Source: an uncultured delta proteobacterium
GTDB lineage: Bacteria; Myxococcota_A; Polyangia; Polyangiales; Houyiibacteriaceae
Reading direction: 5' to 3'
DNA length: 64,000 nt
Assembly (NCBI GenBank): GCA_963845195.1
Contig: CAWJRH010000001.1
Span: forward strand, 852,597-916,596
Position numbers and translations under genes: made by a program. Below are positions 53,928-62,465 of the stretch, piece by piece. How positions within the stretch are numbered: the stretch's first letter is position 1; each line of letters begins with the position of its first letter. The notes beneath the pieces were generated by a model. It was not told where the DNA came from. It made no database searches and worked only from the letters and a program-made list of their open reading frames with translations.

Positions 53928-54539
53928 CTACGAGGTTTTAGTCACGCGAGCGTCGGTGACGACCAAATCGACGGCCACGTCCATCGGCTGTTCGGGAACT
54001 TCTGACACCAGCTGAAAATCGAACACCAGCGCACAGGTGATCGCCCCGGTGAGTTCCGGCAGGAGTCGGTCGTAGTATCCGCCGCCGTAGCCGATTCGAT
54101 GACCTCGTAGGTCGGCAGCCAAGGCTGGGACGAGTGCGAAGTCGATGGCTCGCGGCTCGATTTGCGGTGCGCTCGCCGCCGGCTCTGGCACCGAAAAGGC
54201 GCCCTCCGAAAGCTCGCTCATGGTCTCTACGCGGTGCAACACGAGCGCCTGATCCACGATGCGGGGCAGCACCACCTGCTTACCAGCAGCCCATGCGGCT
54301 TCGAGGATCGTAAGCGTCTGGACCTCTTTCCGGATCGACGCGAAACCGAGAACCGTCTTCGCGTTGCGAAACGCGTCGAGCGCCAAGACCTGCTCCGCGA
54401 CGCGCGCCGACCTCGCTTCGCAAGCCTTCATTGGCAGAGCGCCGCGCACCGCACGCATCCGCTGACGAAGCTCTTGCTTCACGCGCACACGAACGAAGGC
54501 CTCGTACTCCTTTGTGAAGCCTTTCGGCTTGCGACTCAC
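53928..54539 (-). CDS. 5-formyltetrahydrofolate cyclo-ligase (MTHFS)
   Basis: ORF 53928-54896 trimmed to GTG 54539, which overlaps the zapA stop (GTGA). Has KQELRQRMRAVR... and GHRIGYGGGYYDR motifs. Confidence 0.8.
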   Translation of the reverse strand: MSRKPKGFTKEYEAFVRVRVKQELRQRMRAVRGALPMKACEARSARVAEQVLALDAFRNAKTVLGFASIRKEVQTLTILEAAWAAGKQVVLPRIVDQALVLHRVETMSELSEGAFSVPEPAASAPQIEPRAIDFALVPALAADLRGHRIGYGGGYYDRLLPELTGAITCALVFDFQLVSEVPEQPMDVAVDLVVTDARVTKTS

Positions 54540-54886
54540 GTGGGTTCGATTTGCTGTGCGAGCTCGGAGTCGGCGCGAAGGCGGTCGTCGATTCGACGGA
54601 TCGCCGCGCCCACGACCTGGCGCGTCTTGTCTTCGACGCTCGAACAGCGTCTCTCCGACGCTTCGAGATCTTCGGCAAGGCTGAGCGCGACCACTGCCAA
54701 CAGTTGGGCGGGAGTCGCGGTACGCGCGGCTTTGGGGCCGAGCTCTTGAACGCGTTCGTTTACGATGTCGGCCAGACGCTGCAGATACGATTCGTCTGCG
54801 TCGGAGGACATTCGGTAACGGGCGCCGGCTATCTCGATATGAACGTTGCGCTTCACGATTGGAGCGAAGGTAGTCCTCTGGATCAT
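54536..54886 (-). CDS. zapA: cell-division protein ZapA
   Basis: 116 aa. VHIEIAGARYRMSSDADESYLQRLADIVNERV followed by a C-terminal coiled coil, which is the typical ZapA layout. Confidence 0.8.
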   Translation of the reverse strand: MIQRTTFAPIVKRNVHIEIAGARYRMSSDADESYLQRLADIVNERVQELGPKAARTATPAQLLAVVALSLAEDLEASERRCSSVEDKTRQVVGAAIRRIDDRLRADSELAQQIEPT

Positions 54887-55017
54887 ACGGAGTCAAGGTA
54901 GGACAAACACTTCCATGGACGCGTTGGTTCCGTTGATGCCGGAATCGGCCTACGAGGGTTTATGAGTCATCCGTGAGCCGTGTTACGCTTGATCCCTAGG
55001 GGGAAGTTCACAAGGCC

Positions 55018-58000
55018 ATGCTCCAGGTTGATTGTCCTGCCTGTCAGGCGTCCTACGAGGTCGACAGGAATCGTTTGCCCGATAAAGGGCTAAAGATGCG
55101 CTGTCCCAAATGCGGGGAGAGCTTTCGTGTGCTTCCCGACGGATCGACCGGCGCTGTCGAGTTGGCTGCAGCGCCGAAGCCGCCGCTCAAGCGCAAGAAG
55201 ACGCAAGTAGGCCTGGGTCCTCCCTCGGTGCCGCCGCCGGCGCCTGCGTTGGAGCTCGACTCAGCAGCCAAAGTCGACCCGATCGACGAAATTGATCTTC
55301 CCGCACCTATGCCGGTCGACGACGGGTTGGCGGACCTACCGGCCCCGAGAGGCGGATTGCCTGCAGTTGGGCTCAACCCGTTTGACGATCTTCCGGAGTC
55401 CGCGGACCTCCCGGCGCCGAAACGGGCGAAGAGTTCCAGGGGTTTCGACCCCTTTGCGGACATCGATCTTCCAGCTCCCCTCGAGGCGGACGGAGGCGTG
55501 GACCTTCCCGCACCGCTCGAATCGAGCACTTCGGGCGCGATCGACCTTCCTGCGGTCAAGCACAGGACCGACGACGGGTTCGCCGATCTTCCGGCCGTCA
55601 AGGAGAGCGGAGGCTTTGGGGAGGAGATCGATCTGCCCATGGCCTTATCTGATGCAGAGCTTCCGGCGCCGATGTCGGTCGACTTTGATCTTCCGACCCC
55701 GCTCGAGCACTCCGACCTGCCGACGCCTTTCGGTCAACAGGACCTGCCGAAGGTCCGCGACGATTTCTCCGAGCCTCCAGATTCCGTCGATCGCGCAGCG
55801 GGACCGCTCGAACTGGACCTGCCCGACGGCGACAATCTCTCGCTCGAGACTGACATCGACCCTGGCGTCCGCCGACAGGCTCCGCCGCCGCTGCAGCCCG
55901 CAGGCGCCCCATCGGACCCCGAAATCGAGGTCGCGGACGACTTGGAGTTCTCCGAGCTTCCCTCGCTCCCGCCGGGAGTCCCGCCGGGAGGCGTCGAGCG
56001 GATGCCGCATCCGGGTCGGGCAGAAGGCGCCTCGGCTCCTTCGCCAGCGCGAGTTCGAAAAATCGATGTCGCGGCCAAAGTCGCCCGCAAGCGACCGGCT
56101 TGGCTTGGGAAGGCGATCGCCGCCGTGATGGTGGGGGGTCTGATCCTCGGCTCGGGCTTCTTCCTCGGGAAGACGAAGTACGGACTTTTCGGTGTTCACC
56201 TCATCGAGCCATTCCTACCTGGTGCCGGCGATGCCGTGCAGGTCGAGCAGCAAATCAAGCAGGCAGAAAAGATGGCGGGCTCCGATTCGTACGGTAGCTC
56301 GCGCGACGCATTGACCTTCCTCGACCAGGCGCGGGAGCAGAGCCCACTCAACCGAGCGCTCATCGCACGCAGTCTTCTTCACGAGTCCTATTTCCAGCGT
56401 CGCTACGGAGTGCCGGCCCCCTCGGCCGATGCGCTTCGGGTGCACTTGTCGCGGCGCGGAGACGAAGCTCCCGGGATTCACGTGGCGCTGGCCGCGAACG
56501 CGCTCAGGCAGGGCGATGGCGCGCTCGCCAAGACCGAGCTGGCTCTCGCCAAAACCGAGGATCCGACCGATCCATACGTCGACCTCGTTGCCGGGCAGGC
56601 AGCGCTCGAGGCCAACGATGGACAAGCCGCGCTAAGTGCCTTCGAAGCAGCCTTCAAGAAGGACGGTAGCGCGCGCGCTCAGTGGGGGCTCGCCCGTGCA
56701 CACCGGCTCCTCGGCGCCGAGGAAGAGGCGCTTGCTGCAGCCGAAGCCACACTCGAGCTCAGCCCGAACCATGCGGGCGCTCTCGTCGCGATCGCCGAAA
56801 AGACACTCGTTGAGGGAGACTACGAACGCGCCTACGAGCTGGCACAGCGGCCTGCCGGGCTCGCAGATACCGCCGGTGGCGCGAATACAGACCGCTCGGC
56901 AGCCTTGACCGTCGTTGCACGGGTCGACGAACATGCGGGGCGACTCGGAGCCGCGCGTACGCACTACGAGCAAGCCGTGAAACTCGACAGCAGCAACGTC
57001 GAGGCTGCGCTCGGGGCCGCCCGGCTCGTGCTCCAAGAAGGCGGCTACGCCGATGCGCTCGCCCGATTCCAATCGGTGCTGAGCGCCACGATTCCGCCAG
57101 GTGCCGCACTCCATGTGACCGGCCAGCCCCGCTTGCTGGTCGAAGCCAAGCTCGGTGCTGTCCAAGCTCTGCTTGCGATGGACAAAGCCGGCGACGCACG
57201 TGCGTTGGTCACAGAGTTCGAAACCGAGCAGCCCGTGAGCGCCGATGTCGAGATCGCACAGGGTCTCGTGGCGGCCTCGCTCGAGGACACGCGAGAGGCA
57301 ACGCGCCATCTGCGGAACGCAATTCGCCTCGAGCCCACCTCGTTCACTCCGTACATCGCGTTGGCCCAGCACTACAAGGACACGCAGCGCCCCGCAGAGG
57401 CAGTCGCGGTGCTGGTTGAAGCCCAAAAGAACGTCGAGATCACACCGCGGGTGCGACGCCTGCTCGCCGAAGCCGAGCTCGAGCGCAATCGGTTCGACGA
57501 AGCAATCGTACAGTACGAGGCGGCTCTTGCGACGGAGCCGAGAGACTCCGCGGCCCAGTTTGGGCTTGCGCTCGCGTATCGTCGCAAGGCAGCGCTCGAC
57601 GAGGCGGCAGCGGCGCTTGCCAAGGTGGAAGAGCTCGACCCGAATTTTCCGGGACTCGCGCTCGAAAAAGGACGCCTCGCCGAAGCTCGGGGCGATATGG
57701 TCGGCGCAGTTGTGGGATATCGGGCCGCGATCGCCAACGCTCCAAACGACACCACGCTTCAGTCGCGTCTGGGCGCCGTGCTCGTGACGACCGGCGAATT
57801 TGCTGAAGCAGAAACGGTGCTCGCGAAGGTGCTCGAAGCAGAACCATACTCGGCGGAAGCCGAGCACTACCTCGGGCGCATCGAGCTCCAGAGAGGCGAC
57901 TTAATCACTGCGCGTCAAAGGTTTTTGCGCGCGTCGCGACTCGACCCGAAGAGCGGGCTCTATCGAATGTACGTTGCGTGGGCTGCTCTCGAGTCGAATG

Positions 58001-58545
58001 AGATGAACACCGCCCTCGCTGACCTCAACAGAACCCTCGAACTCGACCCATCACTCGGCGATGCCTATTGGCTTAGGGCGCGAATCCGACTGCGCGCAGG
58101 TACGGTCCGCGATGCGCTGGCTGACCTGCAGAAGGCGATCGCTCTAAATCCGGGGCGGGTCGAGGCATGGGCTGCGATCGGTGAGTGCCACTACCAGCTT
58201 GGCCAGATGGGACAGGCGATCGCCGCCCTGCAGAAGGCGCTCGAGGGGAATCCGGGAGAAGGCTACTGGTGGTACCGGCTCGGTCGACTTCAAGTCGACG
58301 AGGCGAAGCGATCCGATGCGCTTGGATCGCTCATTCAGGCTGCGGAACTCGGAGATGCTTCGCCAGAGACGCCATCATGGCTGGCAGACGCACACCGCCT
58401 TCTCGGCGACGTCTACTTCGCTCAGCGCAATCAGACGGACGCCTCGATCCACTATGGCCGCTATTTGGAAATGTCAGGACCCGACGCGCTCGACCGCGCC
58501 GACGTCCAGAGCAAGCTCCAGAGAATCGGCACCGCGTCACGTTAG
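55018..58545 (+). CDS. MJ0042-type zinc-ribbon / DLPxP-repeat / single-TM / TPR-repeat protein
   Basis: N-terminal CPACQ...RCPKCG zinc ribbon. Acidic Pro-rich region with 13 DLP motifs. TM AWLGKAIAAVMVGGLILGSGFFLG (~aa 361-384). About 780 aa of TPR-like repeats to the C-terminus. Confidence 0.85.
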   Translation: MLQVDCPACQASYEVDRNRLPDKGLKMRCPKCGESFRVLPDGSTGAVELAAAPKPPLKRKKTQVGLGPPSVPPPAPALELDSAAKVDPIDEIDLPAPMPVDDGLADLPAPRGGLPAVGLNPFDDLPESADLPAPKRAKSSRGFDPFADIDLPAPLEADGGVDLPAPLESSTSGAIDLPAVKHRTDDGFADLPAVKESGGFGEEIDLPMALSDAELPAPMSVDFDLPTPLEHSDLPTPFGQQDLPKVRDDFSEPPDSVDRAAGPLELDLPDGDNLSLETDIDPGVRRQAPPPLQPAGAPSDPEIEVADDLEFSELPSLPPGVPPGGVERMPHPGRAEGASAPSPARVRKIDVAAKVARKRPAWLGKAIAAVMVGGLILGSGFFLGKTKYGLFGVHLIEPFLPGAGDAVQVEQQIKQAEKMAGSDSYGSSRDALTFLDQAREQSPLNRALIARSLLHESYFQRRYGVPAPSADALRVHLSRRGDEAPGIHVALAANALRQGDGALAKTELALAKTEDPTDPYVDLVAGQAALEANDGQAALSAFEAAFKKDGSARAQWGLARAHRLLGAEEEALAAAEATLELSPNHAGALVAIAEKTLVEGDYERAYELAQRPAGLADTAGGANTDRSAALTVVARVDEHAGRLGAARTHYEQAVKLDSSNVEAALGAARLVLQEGGYADALARFQSVLSATIPPGAALHVTGQPRLLVEAKLGAVQALLAMDKAGDARALVTEFETEQPVSADVEIAQGLVAASLEDTREATRHLRNAIRLEPTSFTPYIALAQHYKDTQRPAEAVAVLVEAQKNVEITPRVRRLLAEAELERNRFDEAIVQYEAALATEPRDSAAQFGLALAYRRKAALDEAAAALAKVEELDPNFPGLALEKGRLAEARGDMVGAVVGYRAAIANAPNDTTLQSRLGAVLVTTGEFAEAETVLAKVLEAEPYSAEAEHYLGRIELQRGDLITARQRFLRASRLDPKSGLYRMYVAWAALESNEMNTALADLNRTLELDPSLGDAYWLRARIRLRAGTVRDALADLQKAIALNPGRVEAWAAIGECHYQLGQMGQAIAALQKALEGNPGEGYWWYRLGRLQVDEAKRSDALGSLIQAAELGDASPETPSWLADAHRLLGDVYFAQRNQTDASIHYGRYLEMSGPDALDRADVQSKLQRIGTASR
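55294..55824 (+). repeat. array of DLP(A/T)(P/V) short linear motifs (coding)
   Basis: By my count there are 13 DLP occurrences plus GLPAV and ELPAP variants between aa 93 and 269 (IDLPAP, ADLPAP, DDLPES, ADLPAP, IDLPAP, VDLPAP, IDLPAV, ADLPAV, IDLPMA, FDLPTP, SDLPTP, QDLPKV, LDLPDG). Confidence 0.8.
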
Positions 58546-58554
58546 CCCGTCAGG

Positions 58555-58956
58555 CTATCGAAGCTGGCTCTTGTCGAACGCGTGAGGCAGCAGCTCGCTC
58601 AGCGAGTACTCGGCGAGCACGCCGCTGGCCGTGTAGCTCCGCAGTCTGAGATTCGGGCCTAGCTCGATCAGTGCCTGCCGACAGAGTCCACACGGAGGCG
58701 TGGGTTCTGCCGCATCGGTGACGATCACCAAGCGCGCCCACTGGCGCTCTCCGGCGGCCACGGCGGCGCATAGCGCGCCTCGCTCCGCACAGATCGTCGC
58801 GCCGTAACTGGCATTTTCGACGTTGCAGCCGGTGAAGACTTGCCCCGTGTCCGTCTCGAGCGCGGCTCCGACCGCGAAGCCCGAGTATTGAGCATAGGCG
58901 TGTTCTCGCGCCTCCGCGGCGGCGCGTCGAAGTGTGTCCCATTCGACTTCCGTCAT
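58555..58956 (-). CDS. cdd: cytidine deaminase
   Basis: [11 protein letters not shown] (HAE/CAE zinc site) and PCGLCRQ motifs. 133 aa. Confidence 0.9.
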   Translation of the reverse strand: MTEVEWDTLRRAAAEAREHAYAQYSGFAVGAALETDTGQVFTGCNVENASYGATICAERGALCAAVAAGERQWARLVIVTDAAEPTPPCGLCRQALIELGPNLRLRSYTASGVLAEYSLSELLPHAFDKSQLR

Positions 58957-59777
58957 CGAATTGCTTCCAGTACGCCCGCCAGGAGGGCCTCGAAGCGCGG
59001 CCTCGACAGCTGTGCGGTCTGTTCGACTTCGTCATGGCTCAGCTTCCCGCGCCCGAGCCCGGCTGCCATGTTGGAGATGCACGAGATGCCCAACACGCGC
59101 ATTCCGAGGTGCCGCGCCGCGAGGACCTCGAGCACGGTGCTCATCCCAACTGCGTCCGCTCCAAGTGTACGAAGCATGCGCACTTCGGCGGGAGTCTCAT
59201 AGGCAGGGCCGAGGAGCCCTGCGTACACGCCTCGGGCAAGAGTGGTCTGCTGCTTCAACGCCACCGCGCTCGCCAGCTCGACAAGCGCTGGATCGTACGC
59301 GGCCGTCATGTCGATGAAGCGTGCGCCCAGCCGTTCGTCGTTCGGGCCGAGAAGGCTGCTTTGCCCCGTCAGGTTCAGGTGGTCGGTGATTACCATGAGC
59401 TCGCCAGGCGTGAGCGTTGGCGAGATGCCACCCGCCGCGTTGGTCACGATGAGGGTCGTTGCGCCCAGCCACCCCATCAGCCGAACGCCGAACACCACCT
59501 GACGAGGAGAGTGGCCCTCGTAGAGATGGACCCGGCCCTGCATGGCAATGACCCGTTTTCCTGCGCACGTACCGACTACGAGGTTCCCCGAATGACCGGA
59601 GACACGCGAGCATGGCATGTGCGGTACCGCGGAGAACGGGATCACGGTGGCCTGTTCGAGACCGTTCGCATAGGCCCCGAGGCCAGAGCCGAGAATGAGG
59701 GCTACTTCGGGTTTTTCGAATCGCCCCTGCAGTGCTTCGGTCGCCTCTTCGAGTTCCTCGATCATAAGACGACCCAT
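58953..59777 (-). CDS. punA: purine nucleoside phosphorylase (trimeric PunA type)
   Basis: [45 protein letters not shown]. Its stop overlaps the cdd start. The start may be ATG 59765. Confidence 0.9.
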   Translation of the reverse strand: MGRLMIEELEEATEALQGRFEKPEVALILGSGLGAYANGLEQATVIPFSAVPHMPCSRVSGHSGNLVVGTCAGKRVIAMQGRVHLYEGHSPRQVVFGVRLMGWLGATTLIVTNAAGGISPTLTPGELMVITDHLNLTGQSSLLGPNDERLGARFIDMTAAYDPALVELASAVALKQQTTLARGVYAGLLGPAYETPAEVRMLRTLGADAVGMSTVLEVLAARHLGMRVLGISCISNMAAGLGRGKLSHDEVEQTAQLSRPRFEALLAGVLEAIR

Positions 59778-59809
59778 TGTACTCTTCTCTCCGCTATAGT
59801 GCCTCCCTC

Positions 59810-60451
59810 ATGATGCGATGTGCCGCCTTCGGCCTGATGCTGCTTTGCGCCGGCTGCGCTGGGCGAGCCGAGGTCACCGCTCCGGCCGAAACCGTCGTCA
59901 TCATCGACGACGACTCCGACGGCTCCATCACCGTGGAGCCGCCCGTTCTCGTTTCGATCGTGCCTGAGGACACGGTCGAAGTACTGCCCATCGACTGCAC
60001 CGATCCGCGTGAGGAGACCTGCAACGGACTCGACGATGATTGCGACGGCGAGATCGACAACGAGTGCGGATACCGTGGTGGGCTCATGCAGGTGACTTCG
60101 TCCTGGGATACCGGCTCGGACATCGACCTGTACGTCCAAGGCCCGCTTGGCGATACGCTGAGCTTTCAGCGCCGCTCCACGCCGACCGGCGGTCGGGTCG
60201 ATCACCTGGGTCGTGGGGACTGTACGCCCGACCTCCCCAATCCCCGCCAGCAGAACATTCGCTGGGTAGGGCAGCGACCTCCCGAAGGTGTCTACGAGGT
60301 CGAGGTGCACTACTGGGGCGATTGCATCAGCGGCGGTGGGCCGACGACGGTCACGGTCTCGGTTGCCGTGGCCCGGAAGGTAGCCGGCCAGTTCCGGCTC
60401 ACGATCCTTGCTGGCGAACGTCTGCGCGTGGCTCGTTTCGTCATTCAATGA
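59810..60451 (+). CDS. lipoprotein with CxNGxDDDCDGxxDxEC motif and a DUF2135/YfaP-like C-terminal domain
   Basis: ORF 59777-60451; likely start MMRCAAFGLMLLCAGCAG (lipobox). CNGLDDDCDGEIDNEC is the Cys-rich putative metal-binding motif common in Myxococcota. The C-terminal part (TGSDIDLYVQGPLGDTLSF...GVYEVEVHYWG) resembles YfaP-type domains. Confidence 0.65.
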   Translation: MMRCAAFGLMLLCAGCAGRAEVTAPAETVVIIDDDSDGSITVEPPVLVSIVPEDTVEVLPIDCTDPREETCNGLDDDCDGEIDNECGYRGGLMQVTSSWDTGSDIDLYVQGPLGDTLSFQRRSTPTGGRVDHLGRGDCTPDLPNPRQQNIRWVGQRPPEGVYEVEVHYWGDCISGGGPTTVTVSVAVARKVAGQFRLTILAGERLRVARFVIQ

Positions 60452-61746
60452 AAGGGCTCGGGAAAGGGGGGCCTAGACACTTTGCGTTCGCCTTGCTCTG
60501 CGAGCTGGTGCTCCTTCTCGTCGTTGCGCGGCTCGCTGTCGATGAGCGTGTCGCTGCATCGACAATCGTCTGGCTCCTCGCCGCTTCGTTTCTACCCTAC
60601 GCGTTCGCCCTTCGCGCTGCTCCGACCGTAGCCCGTTCGAGCGCCCTCCGGAGCTCGGTTCTGGTCGTGGCGTTGGCCGGCCTCGCGCTCGCGTTCGCTC
60701 CGCCGCGGTTCTCGGACGACGTGTTTCGATTCGTCTGGGAGGGACGCTTGTGGTTCCACGGTCACAATCCGTTGGAAATTGCGCCCAACGATGGCCGGCT
60801 AGCGCACCTCCGCGACGACGTCTGGGGCCGCATCAACAACCCGTCCCTCGCGAGCATCTATCCGCCGCTTTCGCAGATGATCTTCGCAATCGTCGCGGCA
60901 GTCGGCGGCGGCGTGATCGCGATCAAGCTGTTGGCCGTCGGCGTTCATGCGACAGCGACCGTCTTCGTGTCGAGAGTCACCGACGACCCCCGCGCTCCGA
61001 TCGCACTCGGGCTCAACCCGCTCCTTCTCTCGGAAGGGGCGCTCAATGGGCATCTCGATCTACTCACGGGACTCGTGCTCCTGTTGGCGGCGTGGCGTCT
61101 TTCCCAAACCCGCATCGTAGGTTCCGCGATGGCGACCATCGCAGCAGCCGCCCTGAAGGTCGTAGGCGTGGTGTTCCTTCCCCTCTACCTCCGGCATCCC
61201 AAGGGGCTCCTTGCCGCGGCGTCGGGCTCTGCGCTGGTCTTGGCTCCGATGCTCTACTTCCGGCCATCGATCGATGCCGCCTCGGGGTCTTTGCAGTTCG
61301 CGACCCGGTGGCAGGGCAACGAGAGCCTCTATGCGTTGGTCGCCGCCGCAGTGCCGAATGGGATGGACGAGGCTGTAGCGACGGTGGCCCCGCGCATCGT
61401 CGTCGCCCTCGCGGTGCTGCTCGTCGGAGTTTGGTGCGTTCATCGCCGCATGCTGCCTCTCGAAGCGGGCCGCTGCGTTCTGTGGGCCACGCTCCTCCTC
61501 TCACCGCAAGTCCATCCTTGGTATCTCGCCTGGCTGCTTCCCATCGACATCGCGTGCGGCAGGCTCTCCGGGCTATTCTGGAGTCTCCTCGTTCTTTGCG
61601 CCTACGCGCCTCTCGACGTGTTCCTGGCGGGAGGGCCCTGGGAGCTGCCGCTCTCGCTCCGCGTGCTCGAGTACGGGGGTGTCGCGGCGGCGCTCGCCTT
61701 CGAAGCCCGGCGGAATCGCGTTGTCAGCAGGCCTTCAACAGCATAA
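60448..61746 (+). CDS. polytopic membrane glycosyltransferase-like protein (GT87/DUF2029/PMT-like)
   Basis: ORF 60040-61746 trimmed to ATG 60448 (ATGA overlap with the upstream stop). About 10 hydrophobic segments. The first loop (FSDDVFRFVWEGRLWFHGHNPLE...SIYPPLSQMIF) has the Asp-rich loop and YPP typical of GT-C mannosyltransferase-like proteins. Confidence 0.65.
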   Translation: MKGLGKGGPRHFAFALLCELVLLLVVARLAVDERVAASTIVWLLAASFLPYAFALRAAPTVARSSALRSSVLVVALAGLALAFAPPRFSDDVFRFVWEGRLWFHGHNPLEIAPNDGRLAHLRDDVWGRINNPSLASIYPPLSQMIFAIVAAVGGGVIAIKLLAVGVHATATVFVSRVTDDPRAPIALGLNPLLLSEGALNGHLDLLTGLVLLLAAWRLSQTRIVGSAMATIAAAALKVVGVVFLPLYLRHPKGLLAAASGSALVLAPMLYFRPSIDAASGSLQFATRWQGNESLYALVAAAVPNGMDEAVATVAPRIVVALAVLLVGVWCVHRRMLPLEAGRCVLWATLLLSPQVHPWYLAWLLPIDIACGRLSGLFWSLLVLCAYAPLDVFLAGGPWELPLSLRVLEYGGVAAALAFEARRNRVVSRPSTA

Positions 61747-61878
61747 AAAACGAATAATTCCAATTACTTAAATAGTATGAGCGGGGTGCGCGATCAGCCG
61801 CCCTGCTTTTGTCCTTGCGACGAGGTCTCGAGCCTCTAGACTACGCGGCCCTCGGGTTCAGGGAGTGAGCGGTTCAGC

Positions 61879-62187
61879 ATGTACGCGGTAATTAAAACGG
61901 GTGGTAAGCAGTATCGAGTCGCCGAAGGCGACAAGATTCGCGTCGAGAAACTTCCCGGCGACGTCGGTGCTCAGGTCGAGTTCGACGAGATACTGATGGT
62001 CGGCGGTGAAAAGGTGGCGGTCGGTACGCCTCACGTCAGCGGTGCGAAGGTCGTCGCTGAGATCACGGGCCAGGACCTCGCCAAGAAGATCATCATCTTC
62101 AAGTTCAAGCGGCGCAAAGGTTATCGTCGACGCAACGGCCACCGACAGCCCTACACCGAGCTCCGCATCGACAGCGTGAAGGGGTAA
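61879..62187 (+). CDS. rplU: 50S ribosomal protein L21
   Basis: [25 protein letters not shown]... is unmistakable L21. Confidence 0.95.
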   Translation: MYAVIKTGGKQYRVAEGDKIRVEKLPGDVGAQVEFDEILMVGGEKVAVGTPHVSGAKVVAEITGQDLAKKIIIFKFKRRKGYRRRNGHRQPYTELRIDSVKG

Positions 62188-62195
62188 GAGGACTC

Positions 62196-62456
62196 ATGGC
62201 ACACAAAAAGGGTCAAGGTTCCTCTCGGAACGGTCGCGACTCCAAGCCTCAGTACCGTGGTGTGAAGGTATTTGGTGGTCAGCAGGTTCCGGCGGGAAGC
62301 ATTCTCGTTCGACAGGTTGGCCAGACGTTCCATCCCGGCGAGAACGTCGGCGTCGGCAAGGACTACACGCTCTGGGCCAAGGTCGACGGAGTCGTCACGT
62401 TCGAGCGCCGCGGCCGACTTGGCAAGCGCGTGAGCGTGTACCCGCCCACGGCCTGA
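62196..62456 (+). CDS. rpmA: 50S ribosomal protein L27
   Basis: [29 protein letters not shown]... is unmistakable L27. Confidence 0.95.
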   Translation: MAHKKGQGSSRNGRDSKPQYRGVKVFGGQQVPAGSILVRQVGQTFHPGENVGVGKDYTLWAKVDGVVTFERRGRLGKRVSVYPPTA

Positions 62457-62465
62457 GTCGTTCCT

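Noticed and set aside
54536-55018. 6S RNA (ssrS) expected near zapA/MTHFS
   Set aside because: zapA and MTHFS overlap, and the flanking intergenic gaps (60 and 131 nt) are too short. I could not see the long imperfect hairpin with a central bubble.
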